Source: Balanoglossus misakiensis
Lineage: Eukaryota > Animalia > Hemichordata
DNA: 64,000 bases
Assembly: GCA_040954595.2 (NCBI GenBank)
Contig: CM082593.2
Location: forward strand, 3,675,434 to 3,739,433
Direction of reading: 5' to 3'
Positions 61,301 to 64,000 of this stretch are shown piece by piece. The notes beneath the pieces are model-generated. The model ran no database searches. It had not been told where the DNA came from and saw only the letters and a list, made by a program, of their open reading frames with translations. Each line of letters begins with the position of its first letter. Position 1 is the first letter of the stretch. The position numbers were made by a program, and so were the translations under genes.

Positions 61301-64000
61301 ATAAGTGAGAAATGACCACACTATTAATTGTAATCTGAGAACTTCTACAGTTTATCCGAGATTTTCACCTGGGGTATTTGAGGATTACCAGATGGCGAAA
61401 TCAATATCTTTCTGAGAGAAAAAAAACTTTATACAGGACTTCTATATACTTTCAGAGGTATACACAAGTTAAATGGTCACCTGCTGTGAAACCATCCATC
61501 ATACACTCTATGTGGTTGTGTGGAGAAGGCATGAACCCAGCGTCGTTGCACGTGAAGTGCACCACACTTCCAAGGAAGTAGCTGATATTCGATGCGTGCT
61601 GTTGACCGTTATCCGGGGCGCCGGGATTGTCGCATGATCTCACTGTTGAGAGGAAAACCAAAGATTGGTATTAAAGGATGTACAGGTCGCAAGAATATCT
61701 GTGCTTTGGCTCATCAACAAGGCAGAGGTCAACTAGACGTGAGTTTGTAAAATACGGTGGCCACTTACATTGACAATGTGGAATATCTCCACTCCACGTT
61801 CCATTCAACTGGCAGACTCTCTCCGCTGACCCAAACAACTGATAACCAACATTGCACGTATACACGGCTTCATTCCCCTCAGTGGTTTGGTTAAACTGGA
61901 CATGTCCGTGGGCTGGGCTTGTGAGAACTCCACAATCCACAGCTAGGAGGGAAATTCACAAACAACTTAAAGTGTGGCATGTTGTTAATGCAAATGAAAA
62001 AAAAACTTACTTGGTACATGTTCATAACGATACACAGTGCAAATACAAAAGAGCAAGTGCAAAAGAAACTTACTGCACACTGGTAAAGGTCCACTCCAGT
62101 CATAAAAACTGTCAGTGACTTGCTGGCAAATTCGCAGTCCTGGACCAATCAGGAAGTAGTTTTCATCGCAGCTGTAGAGAACAGTGCTCTGGTAACCATA
62201 GCTGCCTGTCTCACTCGATACCCAACTCCCGTTGTCTATATCTTCTGGAGTGCTACACGTGGCAGCTAAGTGAAAGAACCATCTAATTAGTCGATCGTGC
62301 GCACGAACTTGTCATTGGTCAGAAGTTTATCACATGATCTCATTTGAATAAAGTCTACCTATTGGTCAAATGAACAATGACGCCTCATTGGTCAGAAGTT
62401 TATCACTTGATTGAAATGCAACCTGTTATTGGCTGAAATGAAGCCCATGGTTCTAGTTCCGAGAGAAGCGTGAAATGGAGGACTTACCAATACACACTGG
62501 AGGAGAGGCATCAAAGAATCCTTGGGCAAGACATGTCAGGGTATTTTCACCTAACACAAGGTATCCTGGAGTTGGTATGATAGTGATAGATGTACTGTAT
62601 GGAATGACAATACCATTTTCTCTCTGGACAGCTTCTGGAGGATAATCTATGATGCATGGACTTGGTTCTTCTGGTAGTTCACACATCACAGCTGCAGATA
62701 ATGTTCAAAATTTTAAAGAGAAAATACATATAAACATTTATTTTACTTTGGTTGGATTATTATAATGCAAGTGGCGCCAAAACTACAATTTTTCAAGTAT
62801 ATACTTACACACGCATGTTCTTCCAATAATGTATGTGTCAAGGGCATTGAATCCAGTCTCTCCGACTGGTAAGTAATATCCATTTGTGCCGTTTTCCATA
62901 TATAGAGTGTATCCAGTATCACATGAACAGGTGTAGTCACCTTCAGTGTTTACGCAGTTCTGGTTGCACAGGTTCAGAGATGGGTCTGAACACTCGTCAA
63001 TATCTGTTAAAGGGAATGTGAAATGCAATGAGGGGTGTACAAAACAGAGACTTGTCATTGCAGCGTTTGGAAGTTCGATACTGGTATAGCAGTCAAGTAT
63101 ATGTAGGGAGCCCTTTCGTTGGGTGCTTACCTTGACAAACAATTGGTACAAGTGGGTTGATTTCATAGCCTGTGTTGCAGAGACATTCAAACGAGCCAAT
63201 CAGATTGTGGCAAACTTGAGTGACATCGTCACAGTTGTCAGTACCTTCGATACATTCATCTTCGTCTGCAATATAGACATATATATATATTGTTGAGTCT
63301 TTTAACATTTAAAAAACAATATTGTTATCATTTATTTTGATTTGTGCTCTTGATTTCACTCACCCACGCATGACGTCACCACTTCTGGGTCCCACAGTGA
63401 CGCTCCTTCACACTTCGCCGTGGTAACCGCACCGCTGGATGGGAATGTGTAGCCATCTTTGCAGACTAGTGTCACAGTGTCATTGACCCTGTGTGGTCCC
63501 TCGGGTTGAAGCATTGTTGTTGTGCTGATCACAAACAACGGCACACACAACGCCCCTGCAGGACACAAGTAACACAAATACATGTACAACTTCAGTAATA
63601 TCATAAACAGGAAACATTTTACTATGAGAACCACTCCAGTTTGTCCTACATATCATTACCACCATGAGTATTACACGTAACACTTACTCTCACAGACGGG
63701 AGGCTCACTGGACCACTGCCGGTTGACTTCACACGTTGCTATGGTTGTGCCTACAGGTTGGAATCCCTCGTGGCAGCCATATTGGATAACACTTTGGTAC
63801 AGGAAGCCCGTCTCACTTCTAACATCCCAATTGGCGATAAAACCATTCAGTGGAGGGATGGGGTCATCACAAATGATCTCTGGTACAGAAATTGTGAAAT
63901 CAAAACATTAGATATGTATTGGTCAAATAGTCCAGATTGAGTTCAAAGACGAAAAACTCTAAAAAACTGACAATCTTTCAGATACTTACGTTGACAGTGA
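49394..64000 (-). CDS. uif: Uninflatable-like transmembrane protein, tandem paralog B (5' end lies beyond the window; 38 exons seen)
   Basis: Exons: 63990->64000, 63688-63879, 63364-63555, 63131-63265, 62809-63003, 62488-62691, 62074-62265, 61769-61942, 61481-61642, 61260-61277, 61014-61121, 60570-60818, 60258-60470, 59887-60107, 59524-59767, 59186-59341, 58861-59010, 58528-58689, 58179-58269, 57696-58069, 57333-57527, 57072-57220, 56683-56882, 56411-56535, 56003-56263, 55672-55837, 55357-55542, 54907-55193, 54514-54759, 54154-54354, 53657-53909, 53367-53527, 53010-53171, 52533-52688, 50476-50637, 50175-50300, 49893-49983 (TM LIAGIVFGALGSVLVIMLIVVVF), 49394-49757 (tail ending ERVYYY*). Exon order and phases match paralog A, and many exon lengths are identical (195, 174, 213, 156, 150, 162, 125, 201 nt). 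No stops or frameshifts seen. Confidence 0.9.
50387..50461. repeat. (TACA)n(TATC)n microsatellite in a paralog B intron
   Basis: Directly visible. Confidence 0.95.

Overview
Eukaryotic (metazoan) genomic DNA, about 40% GC, with short GT-AG introns. The intron style and gene content would fit an invertebrate deuterostome, but that is inference only. Three genes are supported. (1) A class A, peptide-receptor-like GPCR with a single coding exon on + (14042-15175). (2) A complete, roughly 4,300-aa type I membrane protein on - (45156-18401). I traced 55 coding exons by hand with consistent phases. Its domain order is that of Drosophila Uninflatable: signal peptide, C-type lectin, LDLa, 3 CUB, 8 sushi with 2 Ca-EGF, HYR, GCC2/ephrin-receptor-like repeats, about 12 EGF, pentraxin/LamG, HYR, GCC repeats, EGF, TM, tail. 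(3) The 3' part of a tandem paralog on - (>64000-49394) with matching intron positions. The main novelty is the comparison of the two paralogs. Both split their 8th sushi domain with two furin-type sites exactly 12 aa apart. Paralog B has nothing else there. Paralog A carries about 800 aa of an unrecognised acidic, two-cysteine repeat domain in that slot, plus a 419-aa Ser/Arg/CxC low-complexity exon in an intron that is only 119 bp in B. Neither copy shows the discoidin domains of fly Uif. The first 14 kb is mostly non-coding, with microsatellites and old tandem repeats.
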